Shown here in pieces: positions 7,701 to 17,143 of a DNA stretch of 42,687 nucleotides (position 1 is its first letter; each line of letters starts with the position of its first letter). The stretch spans positions 1-42,687 of the forward strand of contig JBBDTI010000033.1 of the NCBI GenBank assembly GCA_040904565.1, written 5' to 3'. The notes under the pieces were generated by a model. The model saw only the letters and a program-made list of their open reading frames with translations. It ran no database searches and had not been told where the DNA came from. The translations under genes were made by a program, and so were the position numbers. This stretch comes from Rhodothermales bacterium. Lineage in GTDB: Bacteria; Bacteroidota; Rhodothermia; Rhodothermales; VXPQ01.

Positions 7701-9119
7701 ATGCTGAAGCTGCGCACGGATCTCAGACTTCGCATTTCCACACGCCTCACGCTGTGGTACGGGCTGACGTTGCTCATCCTCTTGAGTCTGTTTGCGCTCT
7801 TTAGTTACCTCTATTTCCACACGAGTCTGCATCGCGATTTTGACCGCCACCTCGCTCACGAGAAGCGGCAGCTGATGCCGTTTGTCCGGACGACCGGCGA
7901 CGTTCCGACGTTCGCCGGACTGAGCGAGCTTCGTTCCGTCGCGTACCAGACCGACGGCGTCTATGGGACGTACGTTCGACTGGCCGATGCGGACGGCGGG
8001 GTCGTCTACCGAAGTCCGAACTTCGAGAACCACGATCCGTTGCCTCTCGATTCGCCCGATACGCGGGAGGAGGCGACGCTCAGTCGTGTATGGGAGGGAG
8101 ATCCCATTCGGAGTGTGTACACGCCAATTTTCGACTCTGATGGAGGGCTTCACGGCTGGTTGGAGGTGACCGGCTTCGAGTGGACGCTGCACCAGGAACT
8201 GGAGAACCTCCGTGTATCCATGCTGGTCAGCATCGTGCTCGGTGTAATTCTAGCTATCGGAGGGGGGTATATGCTCGCTCGACGAGCCCTCCATCCGGTA
8301 GCGTCTCTCACAGAAGCCGCGAAGGAGATCCACGCGACGGATCTGAGCACGCGTTTGCCGACGAGCTTCGGCGTGCGGGACGAGCTGACTGATCTCGCAG
8401 AAACGTTTAACAACATGATCGAGCGGTTGGAGGCTTCGTTCGATCGAGAGCGCCGCTTCACGAATAACGCGGCGCACGAGATTCTTACGCCGCTGGCAAC
8501 GATCCGCAACAGCGCCGAGATTGCCCTTCGACGTGGTCGGACATCCACGGAGTATCAGGAGACAATCCGAAATATCCTGGCCGACGCCGAAGAGATGACG
8601 GATACGGTTAGAGGTCTCCTTCAGCTCGCCCGCGTAGATCGCATTCAAGAGCTGTCGCGCGAAAACATCGATCTGTCGGCGGCGGTCGAAAGGCACGTTG
8701 CCAGGGTGCGCGAAAGAGCACGACGGGAGGGGATCGAGCTCGCGGTGAATGTGGACCCTGGCGTGACGATCCTTGCCGACGAAGGTCACGTCGGTGAAGT
8801 AGTCACTAATCTGGTGGACAATGCTGTCAAATACACGCCGCGAGGAGGACGGGTGGATGTCTCTGTGCGGCGTGTCGATGGAAAGGCCCGGCTCGTCGTG
8901 TCCGACACGGGCGTCGGTTTCGAGCCTGAACAGGCCGAGCACCTTTTCGACAGGTTCTACCGCGCCGACGTGCCGGAAGTGCAGGCGCGGAGCGGCAGCG
9001 GGCTGGGACTCGCCATTGTCAAGGCCATCGTGTCGGTCTATGGCGGCCGGGTGACCGCCGTCAGCGAGGGTATTGGGAAGGGCAGCACGTTCGTTGTGGA
9101 GCTCCCCACGGTTTCCTGA
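7701..9119 (+). CDS. Heavy-metal-type sensor histidine kinase (CusS-like; HAMP-HisKA-HATPase)
   Basis: RLTLWY N-terminus, two TM helices, HAMP domain, H-box AAHEILTPL, NLVDNAVKYT, DTGVG, GSGLGL. Confidence 0.93.
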   Translation: MLKLRTDLRLRISTRLTLWYGLTLLILLSLFALFSYLYFHTSLHRDFDRHLAHEKRQLMPFVRTTGDVPTFAGLSELRSVAYQTDGVYGTYVRLADADGGVVYRSPNFENHDPLPLDSPDTREEATLSRVWEGDPIRSVYTPIFDSDGGLHGWLEVTGFEWTLHQELENLRVSMLVSIVLGVILAIGGGYMLARRALHPVASLTEAAKEIHATDLSTRLPTSFGVRDELTDLAETFNNMIERLEASFDRERRFTNNAAHEILTPLATIRNSAEIALRRGRTSTEYQETIRNILADAEEMTDTVRGLLQLARVDRIQELSRENIDLSAAVERHVARVRERARREGIELAVNVDPGVTILADEGHVGEVVTNLVDNAVKYTPRGGRVDVSVRRVDGKARLVVSDTGVGFEPEQAEHLFDRFYRADVPEVQARSGSGLGLAIVKAIVSVYGGRVTAVSEGIGKGSTFVVELPTVS

Positions 9120-9201
9120 GCAGCGTCGACGGGCGCCGAGGTGCTCGACCCGGAATTCATTGCGAGGTCCCATGCCCTCGTAGCATGCCTCACCGAGTCC
9201 G

Positions 9202-10392
9202 TTAATCCGGGTGATGACGAGGGGTCGGCACCGGGGTTCGATCCACTCTTGCGTCACCGAGCCTATTGCCGTGGTCGTCGAAAACGACCCGTCCGGTCAC
9301 GCCGTCCCCATCGATTTTTGCCAGCGCCTTTCGAATCTTGTCGTGGTCCAGCCCACCTGAGCGAATCGCTTCGATAACGGCCCGGGTACCGTCGTATGAG
9401 TAACCGGCGGCGACGTGCGGCTGCCTTCCGAATCGCTCGCTATAACGCTTCCTGAAGGAAACGTAAGTCTTCGTTTCAGGGATACGGAAGGTGGTGAAGA
9501 GAAATCCCCCTTCTCGAGCGACCGCGGAGAAGGATGGATCTGATAGAGAGACGGGACCGAACAGGGAAGGGCGCACGTCCGTCGCCGCGAGTTCGCGTAC
9601 GAACCCTTCTGCCGCTTGATGGCTGCTGAAGAGGACGACAGCGTTTATGGGCGTTCGCCGGATCGTGGAGACAGCATGTTTTACCAGAAGACGGTGTTCG
9701 ATGCTGCGCCCACGCTTCGCCGCTTCATCGGCGAAGACAGCCTCTGCCGCTTTTGCATCGGAGGTTTTGTCTCGGACCGTGGCCATGCGTGCATCGGCAG
9801 GAATCGTACGAAGGAGCATCTCCGCCTGCCGCCTGTCGTCGGGCACGACGCGAAACATCCATGGGACGTATGCCCCCGTAAGAGTGGGATCAGAGGCCCA
9901 CGGAGTGACGAACACGACGCGTCGCTTGGTCACAATTTGTTCGATGAGATGCGCCTCGCGACCGCCGATACCCCCGAGCACGGCCCAGACGGGCTCATCG
10001 AAGACGAGACGAACGATCTCGCTGCTGCCGGCGCCCCAGGCACCCTGAACCGTTCGCACGATGAGCTCAAACGGCCGACCCGTGTATCCGCCATTCGCGT
10101 TGGCATCGGCGACGGCGAGCTCCGCTGCATTACGGACTGCAGCGGCTACCTCAGCGTGAACCTGGTTACCAGGCAGAAGAAGGCCAATCTTCACCGTCTG
10201 CGTCTGCCGTTCACGCGTCGGAATCCGCGATGCACCTGCCTGCAGCTGCGATGCACGCATTTTCACCTGTGCCTCCCTCGGAAAGGTCTGCGACATCTCC
10301 ATTTGAAACATCAGTTCCTGCGATGAGACCTTCCGTGCGGGGCCCATCAGGAAAAAAAAGAGGACAAGAACGATGAGGCCTCGCCTACACAT
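9202..10392 (-). CDS. Branched-chain-amino-acid-type (LivJ/Peripla_BP_6) solute-binding protein
   Basis: Signal peptide; VKIGLLLP, ANANGGYTGRPFELIV, SDPTLT, GVTGRVVFDDHGNR. Confidence 0.85.
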   Translation of the reverse strand: MCRRGLIVLVLFFFLMGPARKVSSQELMFQMEMSQTFPREAQVKMRASQLQAGASRIPTRERQTQTVKIGLLLPGNQVHAEVAAAVRNAAELAVADANANGGYTGRPFELIVRTVQGAWGAGSSEIVRLVFDEPVWAVLGGIGGREAHLIEQIVTKRRVVFVTPWASDPTLTGAYVPWMFRVVPDDRRQAEMLLRTIPADARMATVRDKTSDAKAAEAVFADEAAKRGRSIEHRLLVKHAVSTIRRTPINAVVLFSSHQAAEGFVRELAATDVRPSLFGPVSLSDPSFSAVAREGGFLFTTFRIPETKTYVSFRKRYSERFGRQPHVAAGYSYDGTRAVIEAIRSGGLDHDKIRKALAKIDGDGVTGRVVFDDHGNRLGDARVDRTPVPTPRHHPD

Positions 10393-10569
10393 ACATCGTG
10401 TTGATGATTACGGTGAATTCGCGTACGGCCCCTCTCGTTCGCTACGGGCGATGCGCGGTGCATATCGGTTGGAAGGGTGAACTCACGCCGGATGCTGACG
10501 GCCGATGTCACGCCGGACGGGCGGCAGATCGGGACGGGTTGGGAGAGCTCATGCCCGGATCAAGACCCG

Positions 10570-11874
10570 CTATCGATCCGGCAGCGGCGACGGGATGAAC
10601 TCGAACGTTCCGTCCTTCAGCCGCGCCAGCATAACCGGCCCGATGTCGTTCCGGGTCGGATCGAGGATAATTTCCCCCGTTATCCCGTCGAACCGATGGT
10701 AGGAAGTAAGGACGTCGCGAATACGCGTGCGATTGAGTCCACTTCGCTCGATACTCTCCAGGATCAGGCGCATGCCGTCGTATGCGTGTGCGGCAACCCA
10801 GTCGGGTTTTTCGCCGAAACGCGCCGCATACTTGTTGAAGAACGATACTCTATCGGCATCCTTTCTTCCCGGATCGTAGGGATAGGCGGCAACCAGCCCT
10901 ACCGCAGCCTCCCCCGCGTTGGCGATGAACGAAGGCTCGACGATGCGGTCGTTGGCGTAGACCGGAAGCTCGATTCCCATTTCGCGCATCTGTTTCAGAA
11001 TAAGGGCGCCTTCCTCCGGGTCCGTCCAGAGCAGCAAGGCATCCGCCGAGGATTTCTCGATGCGATCCAGCTGCCGCCTAAAATCGGTATCCCCCTTTTC
11101 GTAACGAAGTTCGAAAAGTAATGGGTGACCGAGCCGGCGCGATCCGTCTTGAAACTCGACCACGCCTACGCGACCATACCGATTGTTCACGCGCAAGACC
11201 GCGACGCGCTGATGCCCCATAATCTTATACACATACCACGCCAGGGCGTAGCTCATCTGCCGGTCGTCGGCATTGACGCGGACGAGCCAGGGAATCCGCG
11301 TCTCGGTGAGGGTCGGGTCCGTCGATCCGCTGGTCACGATCGGGAGTTCCGCCTTCAGGGCTGCTCGGAGTGCGATGTGGGTGCTCTGCCCATCGATCGA
11401 ACCGAGAACCGCCCAGACGCTCTCGTCGTTCAGCTCGACGAGCTTGTTGCTGGAAGCGCCCCAGGGCCCGACGTCGTTACGGACGACGAGCTCGTAGGGC
11501 AGCCCGCCATATCCTCCTTGCTGGTTAGCCTCTTCGATCGCGATCGCCGCACCGCCGAGCATGCGTTCGCCGAGGTATGCCTCGTGAGACTCAGCGAGCG
11601 GCGCGAGTACGCCGATTCTCACACTTTCCAGATTAGCCGGAGGGGCTTTCTCGCGTCCGCTACCCAGAAAAGGCTGCTCATAAATGAAGAACGACTTGTA
11701 GTGGTCGTGGAATCGGTCGTACGGGCGCATTTCGACGGGCGTGCCCGCATAGGGGCGCACCTGTTCGTTCGAAGAAGCCTCCTTCGATGCAGCGTCCTGA
11801 CCGCCGGCAGGGGACAGTCCGCCGATCACGAGACCGATCACGACGAGGGAGAACGCGATTCGCCGTGCGATCAT
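10570..11874 (-). CDS. Branched-chain-amino-acid-type solute-binding protein (second paralog)
   Basis: Start reassigned to MIARRIAF (ATGA overlap with the Rid stop codon); VRIGVLAPL, ANQQGGYGGLPYELVVRND, STDPTLTE, GITGEIILD. Confidence 0.88.
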   Translation of the reverse strand: MIARRIAFSLVVIGLVIGGLSPAGGQDAASKEASSNEQVRPYAGTPVEMRPYDRFHDHYKSFFIYEQPFLGSGREKAPPANLESVRIGVLAPLAESHEAYLGERMLGGAAIAIEEANQQGGYGGLPYELVVRNDVGPWGASSNKLVELNDESVWAVLGSIDGQSTHIALRAALKAELPIVTSGSTDPTLTETRIPWLVRVNADDRQMSYALAWYVYKIMGHQRVAVLRVNNRYGRVGVVEFQDGSRRLGHPLLFELRYEKGDTDFRRQLDRIEKSSADALLLWTDPEEGALILKQMREMGIELPVYANDRIVEPSFIANAGEAAVGLVAAYPYDPGRKDADRVSFFNKYAARFGEKPDWVAAHAYDGMRLILESIERSGLNRTRIRDVLTSYHRFDGITGEIILDPTRNDIGPVMLARLKDGTFEFIPSPLPDR

Positions 11875-12458
11875 CTCGATCCCTCGGATTTCTTTCGCTG
11901 TACGGCGATAGCCTCGATTTCGACGAGCAGCTCCGAACGGCAGATGCGGGCCTGGATCGCGGTGCTGGCCGGAAGCGGATCGAGTGCGAGCCATCCGTAA
12001 AACCTGTTCCGGATATCGTTGAAGTCGCCGTAGTCACGCTCGATGTCGCGGAGGTAACAGGTCGTACGCACGATGTCGTGCCAGGTAAGGTCTTCGGCTT
12101 TCAGAAGCTCGGTGATGTTTCTAAAGGTTCGCCAGAGCTGCGCGCGAAAATCACCGACGTGAATGGTGTCGCCCTTCTCATCGACGCTTGCAGTACCGGA
12201 GACGAGCACGACCCTGGTATCGGAGATGTCGAAAGCGAGGGCTCTAGAAAATGCGGATCCATAGTCGTATGCCTCATTTAGAACGCTTTGAGCTACGACG
12301 GCACGGCGGGCTACGGAGGGTCCTCCATCCGGCCGAGGAGGCGCAGATAGAGGTTCACCGCGGGATGAATGAAGCCCGATTCGCCTCATCTCGTCATCTT
12401 CCGCGGTCGTTCCGGTGTCCAAATCTGCTTTACTTTCGATTACGGCATTCATCGACAT
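11871..12458 (-). CDS. Rid/YjgF-family protein resembling the FkbO/Hyg5 chorismatase C-terminal domain
   Basis: SAFSRA, VSGTASVD, CYLRD, PAST and ICRSELLVEIEAIA motifs. Confidence 0.85.
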   Translation of the reverse strand: MSMNAVIESKADLDTGTTAEDDEMRRIGLHSSRGEPLSAPPRPDGGPSVARRAVVAQSVLNEAYDYGSAFSRALAFDISDTRVVLVSGTASVDEKGDTIHVGDFRAQLWRTFRNITELLKAEDLTWHDIVRTTCYLRDIERDYGDFNDIRNRFYGWLALDPLPASTAIQARICRSELLVEIEAIAVQRKKSEGSR

Positions 12459-12482
12459 TAAACTATCTGTGAGGTTATCCGC

Positions 12483-13700
12483 TCAATTAAACTGTATGTC
12501 GAGGGAGTCGACTGGAATGGTACGGTCGGGCGTCCCCTTCGAGACGCCGTGATGTGTTGCAACCCATACCGTGTCTCCCTCAAAGTCGACGCCGAGCACA
12601 AAATTATGGCTGAGCGCCGTCGCGGTGTTAATCCGCCGAAGTGTGTTGCCCGTCTCATCGTAGACGGCCATCTGACCGCGTCCGTCGGGTAGTCGCGTGT
12701 AGGTACGCCAGATCCGCCCGTCGAACACACTCAGGCCGCGATCCGTGCAAAGAAAGCCGACCGACTCGTCCGTTCGGACGTAATTGATGAAGTTGGATGC
12801 AAGTCCGCTGTCGTCGTCGAAATATCCCTTCCATCGTGCGCCGTCGTACAGGCTGAGGCCGAAATACGTCGCTGCCCACACGATTCCGTTTCCGTAAGAG
12901 ACCGAAGAAATGATGTCGTGGACCAGTCCGTCATCCGGGAAGATGTCCAGCTCCATTTCGCCGTCGGGATCGACGTAGTCCCTCCAGCGCTCCGTTTTCT
13001 TATTCCATTCCAACAGTCCTCCGCCCCAGGCGCCGACGTAAATCTTATCGCCGCCCGCGGCGAGCGCGTAGGTCCAGGGCTCGTGCATGGGGGCGTTCTG
13101 CTCGTTGTGGATTCGCCACCGGCCGGTGTACACGTCAAGATCACTCGCACCGGCCGCGGTAGCCGCCCATACGTGATGTCCGTCGACCAGAACCCCATAG
13201 ACCACGTTGTTGGCCAGACCACTGTTTAACTGGGTATACGTCTCCGTGCGGCCGGCGGAGATGCTCGTCAATCCGGCCATGGTTCCAGCCCACACGGTCC
13301 CCGTAGTGGAATCGACATCGAGCGTCAGTACACTGTCGTGAGCGAGCCCGTCGTCCGTCGTGTAGACGCGCTGCACGCGACCGTTTTCGTAGAGCGCCAG
13401 ACCCTCATCGGTACCGAACCAGACGCGGTCGCCGTCCACCCGCACGCTGAAGACCTTCTCCCCAGGAAGACCGTCGTCGGTCGTCAACGTCTCCCAGCGA
13501 TATACGACGGGGGGCGTCGGCGTGAGGTCGGACAGCCGCTCGGACGATGCCGTGGCAGTAGTTCCGCCGTCTGCCGGCGAGGCGGAGTGCTCCTGCACGG
13601 GGGCCGGCGACGTCATCTTCATCAACCCCGCAGTCCCTACCAAAACGAACAGGGTTGCCGCAAGCACCAGATACATTCGGAGGTCCTCGTTCATGGTCAT
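12483..13700 (-). CDS. Stand-alone Reg_prop (two-component regulator propeller) beta-propeller protein, N-terminally anchored
   Basis: Repeats TTDDGLP...VWFGTDEGL, NSGLANNVV, DSGLASNFI; N-terminal hydrophobic segment; no kinase domain. Confidence 0.8.
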   Translation of the reverse strand: MTMNEDLRMYLVLAATLFVLVGTAGLMKMTSPAPVQEHSASPADGGTTATASSERLSDLTPTPPVVYRWETLTTDDGLPGEKVFSVRVDGDRVWFGTDEGLALYENGRVQRVYTTDDGLAHDSVLTLDVDSTTGTVWAGTMAGLTSISAGRTETYTQLNSGLANNVVYGVLVDGHHVWAATAAGASDLDVYTGRWRIHNEQNAPMHEPWTYALAAGGDKIYVGAWGGGLLEWNKKTERWRDYVDPDGEMELDIFPDDGLVHDIISSVSYGNGIVWAATYFGLSLYDGARWKGYFDDDSGLASNFINYVRTDESVGFLCTDRGLSVFDGRIWRTYTRLPDGRGQMAVYDETGNTLRRINTATALSHNFVLGVDFEGDTVWVATHHGVSKGTPDRTIPVDSLDIQFN

Positions 13701-13704
13701 CTGA

Positions 13705-15726
13705 TCAATCGGTCGGAGGGGGCGCGAGTGTCTTCAAATACTCGACCAAATCGTTGAGCTGGTTCTTCCCTAAATCGCTGACCACCCCGTGCTCGTCGTT
13801 TACGCTGTTTTCCGTCCAGATCTGTTCGAGCGTTGACGCGCTGCCGTCGTGCAGATAGGGTGCCGTGTCGTAGATATTCACCAGCTGCGGGGTGTCGAAC
13901 AGGACGCCGGGCGTGTCGGCGCTTCGGCGAGTGCCGACGTCGAACTTTTTCCCGTTCGTGAAATAGGTACCGCTATGGCACGTACTGCATCGGCCTGCCG
14001 GCTCGATGGGTACTCCGGTGAGCGTTTCCGCACGCTCGAAGATGTTCTTGCCGCGCTGCTGCTCTTCCGTAAGCTGCTTTTCGTTGATCCGCCGGTGGCG
14101 GTTGGGAGGTGCCGGGATCGAGTATACGTAGGCGACGAGCGCCTTCAGGTCGTTTTCGGGAAAGACGGCCATGCGCGTCAGAAATTTCGCGAAGCGGACG
14201 CCGTCCTGCATGTACAGGCTCGTATTCGTACCGGTCCACTTGAACGGAGCGGTTGCGCCGATGTCGCGCAGCGTCATCGTATTGACGACGTTTTTCCCGA
14301 TGCCGTCTCCTCCAAAATCCCAGGAAAGCCCATCTTGATCGCCGTCCGGATGGCAGCCGCGGCAACTGAACTGTCGCTGAAACGCGCGCGCGGTATGAAA
14401 TATCTGTGCACCTCGACGAACGACGGTCACCTCATCCGGTCCGCCAAGGGCGATGGAGTCAACCGGCTCCAACCGATCGGTGTCGACGACTAGAATACGG
14501 TCGTCGAGGCGCTCCGCGATGTACAGTTTCTTACCGTCGGGTGAAAGGGCCAGGCCTTTCGGATTGTATCCCGTCGGAATCCTGGCTGTCACGAAGCGGC
14601 TACTCATGCCGAGATGGTTAGGGAGGATGCGGAGGCTGTCCTCGGTCGCGTCCTCTACAACACGGCGAATCGCGTCCACATTGAGAACACTCACGGTTCG
14701 GGCGGCTGCGTGCGTCACGTACGCTTGCCGCCCGTCGGGCGAAATAAGCACGTCGTGTGGATCGGCGTAATAGGCATTGGCGTCGTCCGTCAGCAGCTGA
14801 AGGACTCGCTGCTGGCCGCTCCGTTCGATGACCCCGATGCCATAGGTGAGCATCCATCCGCGATGGAGCTGCGTGCTCGGAATGAGATTTTTCGGACGAA
14901 CGAGCGTAGTAAGGGCGAGATCGCCCTGTGGTGTAAAATCAACGCCCTCCACTACGTGGGCGCCCTCCAATGCCTTTCGGTCGGCGATGCGGCCGGACTG
15001 TGTGTCGACGACGGTGATTTCGGTCTCGGGCGTGTCGCGCATGTGCGAGCTCGCCCGAACGAGGCGATTCGTCACATAGACTTGCCTGCCATCCGGCGAT
15101 AAGGCGACGGCGTATGGATTGTTGCCGGCCGGGAGCCGATGATCTTCTCGTCCGGCTTCCAGGTTGACGACAGAGATATCGTCCGAGTACATGTTGGCTA
15201 CGTACAGGAAACGCTGGTTTCGGTCGAGCGCCAGACCGGACGGGCCACTGCCTACGGGCAGCACGCGTACTACGTCACGGCTCTCGAGATCGATCTCCGA
15301 CACCGTGTCGGACCAGCCGTTACTCACGTACGCCATCGTGCCATCGCGCGTAAGAGCGACGCCGTACGGTCGTCGGCCTACCGGGATCCTCCCTTCGACG
15401 CGGTTCTCTTCCGTCGAAACGACGAGGAGGGCTTCTTCCTCTTCGGCCACGACGTACAACTCCGTCCCCGACGGATTGACCGCGAGCGCTCCAGGCGACA
15501 CGTATTCTTTCTCGAAGAAATGCTTTACCAGGGTTTGCCGGCCCATATAGCCGTGGCACGAAACGCAGTTCGGAGAGGCCGGCGTACCACCCGTCACGTA
15601 TAAAACATGGTCCCGGGCCGCACGGAGGGCGAAAAAGGCGGCGATGACGAGTATCAGCACTCCCGACCAGGCCATTAAAACTGGCCTGTGTAACCTGTTA
15701 TTCCGTAGGGAATCAGTCCCTTTCAT
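13705..15726 (-). CDS. YVTN beta-propeller plus di-heme cytochrome c peroxidase/MauG-like fusion with an extra N-terminal heme (HzsB/C-like architecture)
   Basis: Start reassigned to MKGTDSL (15726); TM anchor; CVSCH; YVxN repeats (AYVSNG, LYVANM, VYVTNR); CRGCH...TAPFKWTG; CSTCH...DTPQLVNIYDTAPYLHDGSA...LVEYLKTL. Confidence 0.85.
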   Translation of the reverse strand: MKGTDSLRNNRLHRPVLMAWSGVLILVIAAFFALRAARDHVLYVTGGTPASPNCVSCHGYMGRQTLVKHFFEKEYVSPGALAVNPSGTELYVVAEEEEALLVVSTEENRVEGRIPVGRRPYGVALTRDGTMAYVSNGWSDTVSEIDLESRDVVRVLPVGSGPSGLALDRNQRFLYVANMYSDDISVVNLEAGREDHRLPAGNNPYAVALSPDGRQVYVTNRLVRASSHMRDTPETEITVVDTQSGRIADRKALEGAHVVEGVDFTPQGDLALTTLVRPKNLIPSTQLHRGWMLTYGIGVIERSGQQRVLQLLTDDANAYYADPHDVLISPDGRQAYVTHAAARTVSVLNVDAIRRVVEDATEDSLRILPNHLGMSSRFVTARIPTGYNPKGLALSPDGKKLYIAERLDDRILVVDTDRLEPVDSIALGGPDEVTVVRRGAQIFHTARAFQRQFSCRGCHPDGDQDGLSWDFGGDGIGKNVVNTMTLRDIGATAPFKWTGTNTSLYMQDGVRFAKFLTRMAVFPENDLKALVAYVYSIPAPPNRHRRINEKQLTEEQQRGKNIFERAETLTGVPIEPAGRCSTCHSGTYFTNGKKFDVGTRRSADTPGVLFDTPQLVNIYDTAPYLHDGSASTLEQIWTENSVNDEHGVVSDLGKNQLNDLVEYLKTLAPPPTD

Positions 15727-15745
15727 ACGCCACCACATCTGCATA

Positions 15746-17143
15746 CTAATCGGGAAGCAGCGATACTGCGGGCTCGTCGAAGGCCTGCTTGACCAGGTTG
15801 TCCGGGACCAGCTCGCGATTTTCATGGCAGCCGATGCAGCCTCGACGTTCGTTGGGTCGAACCCATAGCCATTGAGACGGTCCGCGCACCACTTCACCGG
15901 CATCGTTCAGCGTCTCGAAGCGAAGTGGCGTATCGTGCGGCACCTCCAGCCGAAACGAACCGTCCGAATGCACGGGCACGTCGGCGAGAACGCCGGTCAC
16001 CCCGCGAATGCGGATCGTAACGGTTGGACCCGGCGCTTGAGTAACCAGCGTCGATCGATCGGCGTCCATGGCATATAATTCGGCCGGATGGGACGAATCG
16101 ACGATGCTCACGAAACTCTCAGGTTCGAATCGTGGAGCAGCTTCAACCGGCTCGACGGCATGAACCTTTTCGTCGTGTGTGAGTCGTGCGCCGAGTTCGC
16201 CGGTCTCGGGATCGAACATGTAGAGGGCAAACGGCTCTTGTTCCGTGTCTCGATAGGATACAATCCATCGGTTTTTTCCGGCTGGATAAACCGAGTGGAA
16301 TCCCTCGAGGCTCGGCGCAAGATCCCGATACGAGTGCAGCGGGCGATCGTCCCTGACGGAGACGAGTCGGCCGGCCTGGGCGTCTCGATCCGACTTCTCG
16401 ACGAAGATGAGTCTGCGATCCTCCGTCTCCCGCGCACGCGACGGGAGCCATGCCCCCTCCTGACTTTCGTAGTACAATTCAACGCCGGTCCCGTCATAGC
16501 GCATCGCCAGTAATTGCGAGGCGCTCGGGCCGTTGGAGGGGCCGGACCGGTTGCTAGCGAAGAGGATACGGTTGTCTCGCAGTGCGACGGAGGCGTAGTC
16601 CGCATCCGGATGGAAGGATATGCGCTCGAGGCAGCAGCCGTCCAGTCCGCTGGTGAAGAGCGCCAGGGTGCGCCCTTCTTCCGGGCGATCCTCGAGGATC
16701 GGCGCCATTGCACTAAAGGCGATCAGTCCTCCGGGAAGGTACGTTGGGTCGGCGCATCCTTCGAGGCTCTGAGCGAAACGACGTGTTGTTCCTCCGTCGA
16801 GCGGTCGCTCCCATATTTGCCAGGCGCTGCTGTCGGACGTACGTCCCGCAAAGAGAAGGCGCTTCCCATCGAATGAAATCTCCGGTGCCCTGGCCGCAGC
16901 GAAGCCGGGAGTCAAGATCTGGGGATTGGCGGCTGGATTCGCGGGATCGACCGCCACGATGCGGCTGTTTTCCGGAAAAAGCTGGTTCGGGTCGGCCTCG
17001 GCCGGCACTTCCGTATAGACGATGAGATTGCTTCCTTCACGATTGCCCCCGCCCTCCTGAAACGGCCTGTTTACGGCGAGGAGGGTCAATACGACGACTC
17101 CGGTCAAAAGAGCGGGTAACAAGCCTCTTCTGGATCTCACCAC
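15746..17143 (-). CDS. HzsA-related protein: TolB-like propeller plus hydrazine-synthase alpha middle domain with one CxxCH
   Basis: APEISFDGKRLLFA, DPTYLPGGLIAFS, DNRILFASNR, MRYDGTG; C-terminal VPVHSDGSFRLEVPHDTPLRFETL...WLWVRPNERRGCIGCHE matches the HZS-alpha middle-domain pattern as I recall it. Confidence 0.8.
   Translation of the reverse strand: MVRSRRGLLPALLTGVVVLTLLAVNRPFQEGGGNREGSNLIVYTEVPAEADPNQLFPENSRIVAVDPANPAANPQILTPGFAAARAPEISFDGKRLLFAGRTSDSSAWQIWERPLDGGTTRRFAQSLEGCADPTYLPGGLIAFSAMAPILEDRPEEGRTLALFTSGLDGCCLERISFHPDADYASVALRDNRILFASNRSGPSNGPSASQLLAMRYDGTGVELYYESQEGAWLPSRARETEDRRLIFVEKSDRDAQAGRLVSVRDDRPLHSYRDLAPSLEGFHSVYPAGKNRWIVSYRDTEQEPFALYMFDPETGELGARLTHDEKVHAVEPVEAAPRFEPESFVSIVDSSHPAELYAMDADRSTLVTQAPGPTVTIRIRGVTGVLADVPVHSDGSFRLEVPHDTPLRFETLNDAGEVVRGPSQWLWVRPNERRGCIGCHENRELVPDNLVKQAFDEPAVSLLPD

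Noticed and set aside
10352-10359. A8 homopolymer in the SBP signal peptide as a phase-variation site
   Set aside because: Short, explained by Phe codons, and the frame is intact.
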